A stretch of DNA of 64,000 nucleotides from Candidatus Hydrogenedentota bacterium (GTDB lineage: Bacteria; Hydrogenedentota; Hydrogenedentia; Hydrogenedentales; SLHB01): NCBI GenBank assembly GCA_963674865.2, contig CAXXYE010000009.1:864001-928000 (forward strand), read 5' to 3'. Below, in pieces: positions 1 to 9,195 of this stretch; within the stretch, counting starts at the first letter, position 1; each line of letters opens with the position of its first letter. Below the pieces are notes generated by a model that was given only the letters and a program-made list of their open reading frames with translations, searched no databases and had not been told where the DNA came from. A program made the position numbers and the translations under genes.

Positions 1-1091
1 GTTGCCGGGTCGGCCCCGATGCCCTCGGATGCACTTTGTGGTTTTCAGCTGTGTGGCTATTCGTGTGCGGACTCCGTCGCAACTGGCTGTGGATGCTGCC
101 TGCGGCGGCTGCGTTCTTCGCCTTGCACCTTGCGAGAAACGAGGGCACCTACATCTGGCTCGCGGCCTTACCGGCCGCGCTCATCATCTGCGGGAAGAAG
201 GATCGCCGCCGGTTGTTGGCGTTGTTGCCGTTTGCTCTCGTTTCGGCCGGGCTGTTGCTGCTCTACGCGGCATACATGAAGCGCGTGGTGGGGACGGCCA
301 CTGTCAGCTATCCTTCTACGTATATGATCGAGACGCACCTGGCCGCCCACAAGGAGATCGCCAAGACTTTCTTGAAGCTGTTCGGTGAAGCGATTCCCGT
401 CATGCTTGGGCCGGTGCTACTGCTCTTCGCAGGGGTAGGTTTCTTCGAGCGTTCGGAGGAGCAGCCACGTGACATGCGCCTGGAGTCGGCGGTTCTGTTC
501 TTTGCCGCGGCGCAGTTCTCCTTGGCCGTGCTTAACCTGAGCCCCGCACCCCGGTACGTTATGGCGTTGATCATAGTCGTGAGCCTGTGGTCGGCCCGAG
601 GGATGGCTCACGTATCGACGCAGCTTCGCGCGGCTACGCAGTCGCGGGTCGTGGCTGCGCTTCCGGTGGCCGCGCTGATTGCCGTGATGATGCTCGGCAC
701 CGCTGTGGCGCTCGCAACGGAGCATATGGGGGAGCGCCCTCGAGAGCCGCGCGAGTACAAGGAGGCGGGCCTGTGGATGAAGACGCATCTGGAACCCGGC
801 CCGATCGTGTCGCGCAAGCCACAGGTGGGATTCTACGCCGGCATGACGACTGTCGGCGTCCCTGCCGATGGCTCGCTTCCGGAGATCATCGCCTGGGGAA
901 GGGAAGTGGGCGCGCGCTATCTCGTTGTCGACGAACGCTACACGGCACAATTGGTGCCTGCTCTGCGCGCCCTTCTTAATCCGCCTGACGCACCGCAGGA
1001 CCTCAGCTTGTTATATGATGCGACGCCTTATCCGGCCGCGCGCGTGGTGGTTTATGAAATCCTGCGCGTCGGGGAAGAAGCCGGCCCGTGA
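1..1091 (+). CDS. Polytopic membrane protein, probable GT-C (ArnT/PMT-like) glycosyltransferase; 5' end lies outside the window
   Basis: Frame open from the window edge; many hydrophobic helices, LARNEG and PRY motifs, C-terminal soluble domain ending GARYLVVDER; overlaps the downstream GT9 gene (GTGA). Confidence 0.6.
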   Translation, partial: CRVGPDALGCTLWFSAVWLFVCGLRRNWLWMLPAAAAFFALHLARNEGTYIWLAALPAALIICGKKDRRRLLALLPFALVSAGLLLLYAAYMKRVVGTATVSYPSTYMIETHLAAHKEIAKTFLKLFGEAIPVMLGPVLLLFAGVGFFERSEEQPRDMRLESAVLFFAAAQFSLAVLNLSPAPRYVMALIIVVSLWSARGMAHVSTQLRAATQSRVVAALPVAALIAVMMLGTAVALATEHMGERPREPREYKEAGLWMKTHLEPGPIVSRKPQVGFYAGMTTVGVPADGSLPEIIAWGREVGARYLVVDERYTAQLVPALRALLNPPDAPQDLSLLYDATPYPAARVVVYEILRVGEEAGP

Positions 1092-1978
1092 CGGGCGCAG
1101 ATGGCACGCGCACACTTGTGGTCCACCTCGGTGGCATTGGTGATTTTCTCCTAGTGTGCCCAACGCTGCCGGCCCTCGGAGAGGGGGGGACCGTCGAGCT
1201 TGTGGGCCGGCGAGAACGGCTAAATCTCGCTGTCGCGGGCAACCTGGCCCGCGCCGTGCACGACGCCGACGCCGTCGATCTTCATACGCTCTTCTCGGAG
1301 CCGAGCGAGCGCCTTCGCTCATTTCTGGCGCGCTTCGAACGTGTGGTGGCCTGGGTGCGGGATGAGGGCGGCGTCGAGAGCGCGCTGCGCGGCTGTGGCA
1401 TCACGGACGTCCAAGTCTTCCCGGGGCTGCCGCCCGAAGACTGGACACGGCACGCCACGGAGTACTACCTCGACAGTCTCGGCCTCGCGGCTGTCCCGCC
1501 GCTTTGCCTTGCGATCCCTCCCGGCGAAACGCCCTACGATGTCGTCATCCATCCCGGCAGCGGCGGGCAGCGCAAGAACTGGCCCACTGGACTCTTCTTT
1601 GAGCTCGCAGATGCTCTCGAAGTCCGCGGGCGCTGCGTCACTTGGTGCCTTGGGCCTGCCGAGGAGGAGCTGCGCTTGCCGAACGGCGCGTCGGTGCTTC
1701 GCGAGCATTCCCTGGCCGCCTTGGCCGGGGAACTCGCCGCCGCGCGCGTCTATGTCGGCAACGACAGCGGCGTTACGCACCTCGCCGCTGCGGCGGGGTG
1801 CTCCACCATCGCGATCTTTGGGCCAACGGAGCCGCGGATCTGGGCGCCTCGCGGGGATCACGTGACGGTCGTCCAGGGAAGTCCTTGGCCGCGAGTTCAG
1901 GATGTGATCGATGTCGTGTTACAATCCGGCCTCACGTCGCACTCATCAAGTCAATCCACGCAAGAGGAGAAGCATTAG
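1088..1978 (+). CDS. Glycosyltransferase family 9 (LPS heptosyltransferase-like)
   Basis: GGIGDFLL, HPGSGGQRKNWP and GNDSGVTHLAAA...IFGPT motifs. Confidence 0.85.
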   Translation: MTGADGTRTLVVHLGGIGDFLLVCPTLPALGEGGTVELVGRRERLNLAVAGNLARAVHDADAVDLHTLFSEPSERLRSFLARFERVVAWVRDEGGVESALRGCGITDVQVFPGLPPEDWTRHATEYYLDSLGLAAVPPLCLAIPPGETPYDVVIHPGSGGQRKNWPTGLFFELADALEVRGRCVTWCLGPAEEELRLPNGASVLREHSLAALAGELAAARVYVGNDSGVTHLAAAAGCSTIAIFGPTEPRIWAPRGDHVTVVQGSPWPRVQDVIDVVLQSGLTSHSSSQSTQEEKH

Positions 1979-1980
1979 GC

Positions 1981-3087
1981 ATGGACGGACCGCGCACATT
2001 GAAGTCAGGGGAGATGGCCTCGCTGGGCCGGCTTGTGAATATCGTGTTCCAGGGCAAAGAAGACGGTTCGATGCTGCGCTGGTTCCCGACACTGTTCAGT
2101 GAGAAGAACCTGGATAACCTCTTCGTCTTCGCGGATGGAGACAGGATCGTTAGCCACGTTGGAATGACACGCCGCTGGGCCTCCATCGCCGGGTGCACCA
2201 TTCGTGTGGTTTGTATCGGCGCCGTGGCCACCTACGAAGAATACCGGGGCAAGGGCCTGGCCACGCAGCTCCTGGAGCTGGCCTGCAAGGAGGCTATCGA
2301 CGACGGCGTCGACTTCATGCTCATTTCCGGCGGCCGGGGCATGTACCGCCGGGCCGGGGCGGCCGACGTGGGCGCCGATTGCCGTGCCGCGCTCACCCCC
2401 GAGCTGGCGGGCAGCCTGCGTACCGGGGACGTCAGTGTGAGGGACTTCGTCGACACGGACTTGCCGGATTGCGTCGCTGCCTATCGTAAGAAGACCACCC
2501 ACTTCATCCGGCCTGCGGATGACTGGGAGGGATTGCTGCGCAACCGGTGTTGCGCCTGCAAGGATATTGACCTCGCGGTTGTGGAAAGGGGCGGATGCTT
2601 CTCCGGCTATATGGTTCTCGGCAAGCCGGACAAGGACGGCGAGAGCGCCGTCGTCGAATTTGCGGGTGAGGAGAGTGCGCTTGCCGCCGCGCTTGCACCG
2701 GCGCTGGAGCGCTACGGCGCCGCGCGGATACGGCTGCACTTGCAGGACTCGAATGCGTTCTTGAAGGCTGCGTTTGAACGGGCGGGGGCGGCTTTCGATT
2801 CTGCGAAGAGTCCGGGGACGTTACTGGTTCTCAACTTCCCGCAACTCACGCGGCGGCTTCGCCCGTTCATCCAGGAGCAGGTCGGCATCGCGTGTGAACG
2901 GGCACTGAGCTTCGAGGAGCAAGACGGGAAGTACTCGTTCTCCGATGGGCAAGAAACGTGCTTTGTCGATGGCAAGATGGCCGCGGCCGAGTTCCTTTTT
3001 GGCCAATCGGAGGCCCGGCCGACAAGCGGCCCGTTGGCAAAGGCATTCCCCGTGCCCACCCTTATCTACGGCGTGAACTACATCTAG
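1981..3087 (+). CDS. GNAT family N-acetyltransferase (Eis-like)
   Basis: VATYEEYRGKGLATQLL acetyl-CoA motif, MYRRAG; ATG at 1981 directly after the GT9 stop with AGGAG upstream. Confidence 0.8.
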   Translation: MDGPRTLKSGEMASLGRLVNIVFQGKEDGSMLRWFPTLFSEKNLDNLFVFADGDRIVSHVGMTRRWASIAGCTIRVVCIGAVATYEEYRGKGLATQLLELACKEAIDDGVDFMLISGGRGMYRRAGAADVGADCRAALTPELAGSLRTGDVSVRDFVDTDLPDCVAAYRKKTTHFIRPADDWEGLLRNRCCACKDIDLAVVERGGCFSGYMVLGKPDKDGESAVVEFAGEESALAAALAPALERYGAARIRLHLQDSNAFLKAAFERAGAAFDSAKSPGTLLVLNFPQLTRRLRPFIQEQVGIACERALSFEEQDGKYSFSDGQETCFVDGKMAAAEFLFGQSEARPTSGPLAKAFPVPTLIYGVNYI

Positions 3088-3142
3088 AAGTCCGGCCTGA
3101 AACGACGCCGGTTGCCGGGCGATTGCGGCCTGCCGTCGTTCG

Positions 3143-3171
3143 TTGACAACGGCAAAGCAGCCTCGTATGCT
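3143..3171 (+). promoter_or_regulatory. Sigma70-type promoter of the XRE regulator
   Basis: TTGACA(3143-3148)-N17-TATGCT(3166-3171). Confidence 0.7.
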
Positions 3172-3178
3172 GAAATCA

Positions 3179-3502
3179 ATGGATGATGCGAGGCTAAGGA
3201 ATCGTGTGCGCGAGTTGCGGACGCGCCTGAAGATGCGCCAGTCCGACTTGGCGCACGAGGCGGGCGTGACGCGGCAAACCATCATTGCCATTGAGAAAGA
3301 CCGCCTGAATCCCTCCGTAGTCGTGGCGTTACAAGTTGCCCGGGCGCTTCGGGAGCCTCTTGACTACGTGTTCTATCTGGGGCCGCCCGCCTCCGTCCCC
3401 GAAGCGCCGGCCTTCTCTGCCACAGCCGCGCCCGCCGAAGGCGCGGATGAGACTACTGAAGGCACGGGCGAGCAGCCACAGGCCGTGTGGGACTTTCTAT
3501 AG
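3179..3502 (+). CDS. XRE/Cro-family HTH transcriptional regulator with a low-complexity acidic tail
   Basis: NRVRELR..MRQSDLAHEAGVTRQTIIAIEKDRLNPSV..ALQVARAL; start chosen as the first ATG after the promoter. Confidence 0.85.
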   Translation: MDDARLRNRVRELRTRLKMRQSDLAHEAGVTRQTIIAIEKDRLNPSVVVALQVARALREPLDYVFYLGPPASVPEAPAFSATAAPAEGADETTEGTGEQPQAVWDFL

Positions 3503-3535
3503 GGCGGCCCCGGGCCGTTCCTCTCCGCAGGATCT

Positions 3536-4798
3536 CTACCGGATTCGTGCCCAAGACCGATCCAGGATACCGAAGGCTTCGTCGATTTCGTCGCGTGTGA
3601 TAACGAGCGGGGGGCTCACTCGAAGCACTTTGCCCGCCAGCGGCCCGAGGAAGTGCACGCCGCGCTTGCCGATGCCGCGATAGGCCTCGAGGACGCAGCG
3701 ATTGGCGATTTCATCGTCGGCCATCTCAACGCCGTACACCAGGCCTTCCCCGCGTACATCCTTGACGAAGGGGAACTTATCCGCAAGGGCCTCAAGCCTC
3801 TTGCGCATGATCTTCGCCATTTTCCGGCAATTCTGGACGACTTTTTCCTTCTTGAAGACATCGAGCGTGGCGCAGACGGCGGCGCACGCCTGAGGCGTTG
3901 CGCTGAAGGTATCCGAGGCCTCGCCGTAGTTGAGCGAGTCGATAAGATCGGCTCTGCCCACCACGGCGGCGGCCGGAACGCCGTTTGCGAGGCCCTTACC
4001 GAGTACGACGAGGTCCGGCTGGACTTCATAGGACTCGAAGGCGTACATGTTGCCCGTGCGGCCGTGGCACGACTGCACCTCGTCGAAGATGAAAGCAGCG
4101 TCAAGCTTCTCACACCACGCTTGGAGCATTTGGTGATACCACTTCGGCGGATGAAACGAGCCCTTAGCGCCCAGGTACGGCTCGGTGACTACCAGCGCAA
4201 TCTGCCCGGGGTGCTTCTTTGCCAACGCGTCGAGTTCCGCTTGGTAGAAGGACTTCGGCCGGTTCTCCTGCATGGGGAATGAGATCCACCGCACATTGCG
4301 GTTGGCGCTCTTCTCCCCGGTTACATCGCCCGCGAGTCCTTTCTTGCCGTGAAATCCGCCGCGTGTAGCCACGATGATCTTTCGTTCGGGATGCCGGTGT
4401 TGGGCGGCCCAGATGGCTTTCTGGATGCCTTCAGATCCGCTTGCGGCCCAGAGTATCTTCTGGGCTTTCGGCGATTTCATGCTCTTGACGATGCGCTCGG
4501 ACGCCTCGACTTCGATGGGCACCACCATGTTGTAGGCGTTCAGGGGCAGGCCCTTGCCATACGCGCTCAGCAGCTTCTCGAAAAGAGGATGGGCGTGTCC
4601 AAGATTGGTAACCAGCACGCCGGATGTGAAATCGATCAGTTTCTTTCCGTCTACGCTCCAGATGTAGCATCCCTTGGCCTTCTTCAAGACCACCTGCGTT
4701 GGCGTATAGGTTCTCAGGCCTCGCCCGGACACGTTTACAAGCCGTTGACGGACGGCGTTTGCGTTAGTTTCTCCCTTGTGTTTGATCACGGCCGGCAC
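3536..4798 (-). CDS. Class III PLP aminotransferase (ArgD/GabT-like); substrate unknown
   Basis: IDFTSG, SGSE, GGFHG, FIFDEVQS.HGRTG, PDLVVLGKGLANG; GTG start with GGAGG at 4806-4810. Confidence 0.85.
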   Translation of the reverse strand: MPAVIKHKGETNANAVRQRLVNVSGRGLRTYTPTQVVLKKAKGCYIWSVDGKKLIDFTSGVLVTNLGHAHPLFEKLLSAYGKGLPLNAYNMVVPIEVEASERIVKSMKSPKAQKILWAASGSEGIQKAIWAAQHRHPERKIIVATRGGFHGKKGLAGDVTGEKSANRNVRWISFPMQENRPKSFYQAELDALAKKHPGQIALVVTEPYLGAKGSFHPPKWYHQMLQAWCEKLDAAFIFDEVQSCHGRTGNMYAFESYEVQPDLVVLGKGLANGVPAAAVVGRADLIDSLNYGEASDTFSATPQACAAVCATLDVFKKEKVVQNCRKMAKIMRKRLEALADKFPFVKDVRGEGLVYGVEMADDEIANRCVLEAYRGIGKRGVHFLGPLAGKVLRVSPPLVITRDEIDEAFGILDRSWARIR

Positions 4799-5033
4799 GA
4801 CAAATCCTCCTTTGTGTGAGAGTGAGGCCCCATCCGGATGAAGCAGCGCACGCGGCGCGCCCCGGCTCATAATGTAGCGAAAACCTACGGCCCTCCTCAA
4901 CCAGGCGGCGATCTGGATTCTGGCACCAAGGACACGCGCTGTGAGAAGGCCCTTTTCGGCCCGGGTCGTTTCCGCGCCGAGGGACTTGCCCAAGGCAGCG
5001 GATGGCATCAGCAGGAAGGGCGCGGCGAGCTAT

Positions 5034-5063
5034 TTGACTTAAGCAACGTGTATAGGCTAATCT
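5034..5063 (+). promoter_or_regulatory. Putative rpsD promoter
   Basis: TTGACT(5034-5039)-N18-TAATCT(5058-5063). Confidence 0.45.
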
Positions 5064-5189
5064 TCTCGGGTTTGCAAGCTCTTGGCGGCTCTTCTGTTCG
5101 TGGAGAGTCGCGTACTTTCTGCTAATGAGCCGGCCGCACGCCGTGCGCGTAGTCGTGTTGGCGCGAGGAAGGAAGAGGATCCAGAACGG

Positions 5190-5798
5190 ATGGCGAGAAA
5201 GCTAGGACCGAAACACAAGCTGTGCAGGCGTTTGGGCGAGTGCATATGGGGCAGCCCGAAGTGCCCGTCGATCAAGCGGCCGTTTGCGCCGGGGCAACAT
5301 GGGCAAAACATGCGGCGGAAGATGTCCGTTTACGGGCAGCAATTGCTCGATAAGCAGCGAATCCAGACGCATTACGGCCTATTGGAACGCCAGATGCGGC
5401 GCACTTTTGAGCGGGCGCAGCGCATGGGCGGCGTGACCGGAACGAATCTGCTGATGCTTCTGGAATCGCGGCTGGACGCGATCATCTACCGGTTTGGATT
5501 TGCTCCGACAATGTGCTCGGCGCGGCAGTTGGTGGGCCACGGGCATGTGCAGGTGGACGGCCGTAAGGTGAATAAGCCTAGCTTCCAGGTCAAGTCCGGC
5601 ATGACGGTGAGCATTCGCGAGAAGAGCCGCAAGGTTCCGATGATCGTCGCTGGTGCAGAGAATCCACCTGCGCAATTGCCTGAGTATCTCGAGCGGGCCG
5701 ATGGCGCGTTTGAGGGGAAGATGGTCGCAGAGCCGAATCTCGAGACTATCCCATTCAAGGCGGAGACGGCGGGGGTCATTGGTTTCTACTCGCGCTGA
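5190..5798 (+). CDS. rpsD: 30S ribosomal protein S4
   Basis: PGQHG, YGQQLLDKQR, LESRLDAIIYRFGFA..ARQLVGHGHVQVDG, C-terminal FYSR. Confidence 0.97.
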   Translation: MARKLGPKHKLCRRLGECIWGSPKCPSIKRPFAPGQHGQNMRRKMSVYGQQLLDKQRIQTHYGLLERQMRRTFERAQRMGGVTGTNLLMLLESRLDAIIYRFGFAPTMCSARQLVGHGHVQVDGRKVNKPSFQVKSGMTVSIREKSRKVPMIVAGAENPPAQLPEYLERADGAFEGKMVAEPNLETIPFKAETAGVIGFYSR

Positions 5799-5818
5799 CG
5801 CATAGACGCCGTTTTACC

Positions 5819-5856
5819 CGGGCGGGCCGTTCCTTTTCGAGCCCGCCCGTTTCTGT
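5819..5856 (+). terminator. Probable intrinsic terminator after rpsD
   Basis: CGGGCGGGC(5819-5827)/GCCCGCCCG(5841-5849) stem followed by TTTCTGT. Confidence 0.55.
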
Positions 5857-5883
5857 GTCTGCCGGGGGTCGAGGCGAGACGCG

Positions 5884-8800
5884 GTGCCGATGCAACTGCC
5901 ACAACTGAAGATAATCGATGCGCTTGCAGCTGCGTTGTCCGGCGGCGAGGGGCGCCGGGCGGAGGTCGTGGGGCCGTGGGGGTCCGCCAAGGCGCTGGTC
6001 GCGGCGCAGGTGGCGGAGGCGCTGGGACGCTCCCTTCTTTTCATTACGTCAGGCCGTATCGAGTCCGAGTCTGCGCATGATGATCTTGTGACGTTTGCGG
6101 GCCAGGAGTCGTGCGCCCTTTTCCCGGCGTGGGAAGTCCTGCCTGGCGACAAGATGAATCCGTGTGACGACATCGTCGCGGAGCGGATGCACACGCTGGA
6201 GAACCTAGCGACGGCCGGTGGGCGGCCTTGGCGCGTGGCGGCGCCGATCCGATCGGTAATGCAGCATGTGATCGACCGGGATAAGTTGAACCGGGACGTG
6301 GTAACGCTTGCCGTGGACGACGACCACGACCTGGAAGACCTGATCGCCCGCCTTGTCAGGATGGGCTACCGCCGTGATCTGATGGTCGAGCAGCGCGGGG
6401 AGATGAGCGTCCGCGGGGGCATCTTTGATGTCTTTCCCATTTCGGGGGAATTGCCTTACCGCGTCGAATTCTTCGGGGATACCATCGAATCGATTCGTCG
6501 TTTTGAGCCGGAGACGCAGCGGAGCGTCGAGCAGGTCACGTCGTTTCGGATCTTGCCGTACTCGGAGAAAGCGTTACTCGCCGCGGCATCGAGCGAAGAC
6601 GACGTGCGGCCGCTTCTCTTGGACTACTTCCCAAAGGATACGGTGGTCGTGCTGGATGAGCCGGTGGCCGTGGCCGAAGAGGCGGTGAGGCTGACGGAGC
6701 AGTTTGGAGAAAGTCCTTTCTTCGCGACGTGGGACAAGGTGCTATCGCGCGCGGCCGAATTCCCTCGACTCTCGGCGGCGCAGATTGGGCATGATCCCGA
6801 GCCGGAGACGCCTCGGCTCACGGCCGCTATGCGTTCGATGACGGGGTGGGCGGGCGACCAGGAAGGTTTCTGGGACCAGCTCACGCGTTGGGAGGCCGAC
6901 GGCTATACCGTGGCGCTCTTGTGCAACAATCCGGGGGAGCGGCAGCGGCTCTACGAATTGCTGGAGGAGCGTGGCCACCGGCCCGGACAGGGGCCGTTTG
7001 ATCTTCGGGTGGACATTGGGCGTCTGCACGCCGGCTTTGTGTCGCCGGAGGATCGTCTGGCGGTTCTGAGCGAACGGGAGATCTTCGGGCGGCATTATGT
7101 GCGGCGCGTCCGGCGGCGTTTTGAGGCGGGCAGCGCCATCACGACGTTCAGCGAGTTGAAGCCGGGGGATTATGTCGTGCATATGGCGCACGGTATCGGC
7201 CGGTACCTGGGCTTGCGGCGTTTCTCGGGGAAAGCGGGAGATTTCCTTGGGATCCAATACGCCGCCGGCGACAAAATCTATGTCCCGGTGACGCACATCG
7301 ACACCGTGCAGAAGTACTCGGGCGGGGATAGTTCCCGGCCTAAGGTGGACAAGCTGGGCGGCGCCACCTGGGCTCGCACGAAGGCGCGCGTCAAGAAGGC
7401 GGTACGCGATATGACGGAGGAGCTCCTGCGGCTCTACGCGGCGAGGCAGAGCCAGCAGGGACACGCCTTCAGCGGGGACACCCCCTGGCAGCGGGAGTTC
7501 GAGGACGCCTTTGAATACGATGAAACGCCCGACCAGGCACGGGCGATTATCGAGGCGAAGCGGGACATGGAGTCGCCGAGGCCCATGGATCGCCTGATCT
7601 GCGGCGACGTGGGATTCGGTAAGACGGAAGTGGCGCTTCGGGCGGCCTTCAAGGCGGTCATGGATAACAGACAGGTGGCCGTACTCGTGCCCACGACCGT
7701 GCTCGCTCAGCAGCACTTCGCGACGTTCTCGGAGCGGTTGGCTGATTATCCCGTCACGGTGGAAGTCCTGAGCCGCTTCCGAAGTGCCGCACAGCAGAAG
7801 CAGACGGTGGAGCGCTTGAAGTCGGGCGAGGTGGATATTATTGTTGGCACGCACCGGCTGACCTCGAAGGATATCCATTTCAAGGATCTTGGCCTGGTGA
7901 TCATCGATGAAGAGCAGCACTTCGGCGTGGCGCAGAAGGAGCGATTGAAGAAGCTGCGAACGCTGGTGGACGTGATCACCATGACGGCCACACCCATCCC
8001 GCGAACACTGCACTTATCGCTGATGGGCGCGCGCGACATGAGCATCATCAACACGGCGCCCAATGATCGGCTGCCCATTCACACGTGTATCGAGGTTTTC
8101 GACGCTACGCTCATTCGCGAAGCCATTGAGCGTGAGCTTGCGAGGGATGGGCAGGTGTTCTTCGTGCACAACCGCGTGCAATCAATCGCGAGCGTAGCGA
8201 ATGTAGTCCGAGAATTGACGCCGCATGGGCGCGTGGCGATAGCCCATGGGCAAATGCCTGAGCGGGACCTCGCCGAGGTGATGAGCGCGTTTATCCGCCG
8301 GGAGATTGATGTGCTTGTGTGTACAACGATTATCGGCTCCGGCCTCGATATACCGAACGCGAATACGATTATCATCAACCGGGCTGATCGATTCGGCTTG
8401 GCGGAGTTGTACCAATTGCGGGGCCGTGTCGGGCGCTATAAGCACCGGGCGTTTGCGTATCTCCTGGTGCCCGGCGACCGTGCTCTATCCGCGGACGCCC
8501 AGAAGCGGCTCAAAGCCCTCGAAGACTTCTCGACGCTGGGCGCGGGCTTCTCGGTGGCCATGCGGGACTTGGAGATCCGAGGCTCGGGCAATATCCTTGG
8601 CGCGGAACAGCACGGCTATATCGCGGCTGTGGGATATGACACCTATACGGACCTTGTGGCGGAAGCCGTGGCGGAACTTAAAGGGGAACCTGCGCGACGC
8701 CGCACGCTGCCGCCGGTCGATATCGCGGCGGATACACATATTCCGGAAGAGTATGTGGCCTCGGAGGCGCAGAAGATCACCCTCTACAAGCGTCTGGCCA

Positions 8801-9150
8801 GTGTGCAGAGCGTGGCCGAGGTGGAAGAACTCGCCGAGGAGTTGCGGGATCGCTTTGGCAAGCCGCCGGGGCCGGTGCGGCGTCTGATCGACGTGGTGCA
8901 CGTGCGCGCGCTTGGAGGTGATATCGGCGCGTCACGCGTAGCGGTCACGCGGGACAAGATTGTGATCACCTTCGAGTCGGCGCAGCTCTTCACCCGGAAG
9001 ACGCGGAACACGTTGGCTCACGCCTATGGCGAGGCGCTCAGCTTCGCGTGGCAGGAGCGTCCCGGCCTGACGCTGAAACTCGAACCGGCGCGTCCGGAGG
9101 AGCAACTCGAACCTGCGAAACGCCTGCTCAAGGCGTTGGCCGATCTGTAG
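5884..9150 (+). CDS. mfd: Transcription-repair coupling factor
   Basis: UvrB-like N-terminus, RID ([14 protein letters not shown]), [49 protein letters not shown]-terminus; start could be ATG 5890. Confidence 0.96.
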   Translation: MPMQLPQLKIIDALAAALSGGEGRRAEVVGPWGSAKALVAAQVAEALGRSLLFITSGRIESESAHDDLVTFAGQESCALFPAWEVLPGDKMNPCDDIVAERMHTLENLATAGGRPWRVAAPIRSVMQHVIDRDKLNRDVVTLAVDDDHDLEDLIARLVRMGYRRDLMVEQRGEMSVRGGIFDVFPISGELPYRVEFFGDTIESIRRFEPETQRSVEQVTSFRILPYSEKALLAAASSEDDVRPLLLDYFPKDTVVVLDEPVAVAEEAVRLTEQFGESPFFATWDKVLSRAAEFPRLSAAQIGHDPEPETPRLTAAMRSMTGWAGDQEGFWDQLTRWEADGYTVALLCNNPGERQRLYELLEERGHRPGQGPFDLRVDIGRLHAGFVSPEDRLAVLSEREIFGRHYVRRVRRRFEAGSAITTFSELKPGDYVVHMAHGIGRYLGLRRFSGKAGDFLGIQYAAGDKIYVPVTHIDTVQKYSGGDSSRPKVDKLGGATWARTKARVKKAVRDMTEELLRLYAARQSQQGHAFSGDTPWQREFEDAFEYDETPDQARAIIEAKRDMESPRPMDRLICGDVGFGKTEVALRAAFKAVMDNRQVAVLVPTTVLAQQHFATFSERLADYPVTVEVLSRFRSAAQQKQTVERLKSGEVDIIVGTHRLTSKDIHFKDLGLVIIDEEQHFGVAQKERLKKLRTLVDVITMTATPIPRTLHLSLMGARDMSIINTAPNDRLPIHTCIEVFDATLIREAIERELARDGQVFFVHNRVQSIASVANVVRELTPHGRVAIAHGQMPERDLAEVMSAFIRREIDVLVCTTIIGSGLDIPNANTIIINRADRFGLAELYQLRGRVGRYKHRAFAYLLVPGDRALSADAQKRLKALEDFSTLGAGFSVAMRDLEIRGSGNILGAEQHGYIAAVGYDTYTDLVAEAVAELKGEPARRRTLPPVDIAADTHIPEEYVASEAQKITLYKRLASVQSVAEVEELAEELRDRFGKPPGPVRRLIDVVHVRALGGDIGASRVAVTRDKIVITFESAQLFTRKTRNTLAHAYGEALSFAWQERPGLTLKLEPARPEEQLEPAKRLLKALADL

Positions 9151-9176
9151 GACAGCCGCACGTCCGCGGGCGGGTG

Positions 9177-9185
9177 TGCTATACT
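9177..9185 (+). promoter_or_regulatory. Extended -10 promoter of the ABC exporter
   Basis: TGcTATACT ending 10 nt before the ATG at 9196. Confidence 0.55.
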
Positions 9186-9195
9186 GGCTTGTGTT

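Noticed and set aside
1642..1980. N-terminal extensions in the ORF track (GNAT here; also aminotransferase, rpsD, rplU, hcp, hcpR, nqrE, porin)
   Set aside because: Extensions overlap neighbouring genes or promoters; downstream starts have better RBS and family-typical N-termini
3143..3502. XRE gene as a prophage repressor or antitoxin
   Set aside because: No phage, toxin or integrase genes adjacent
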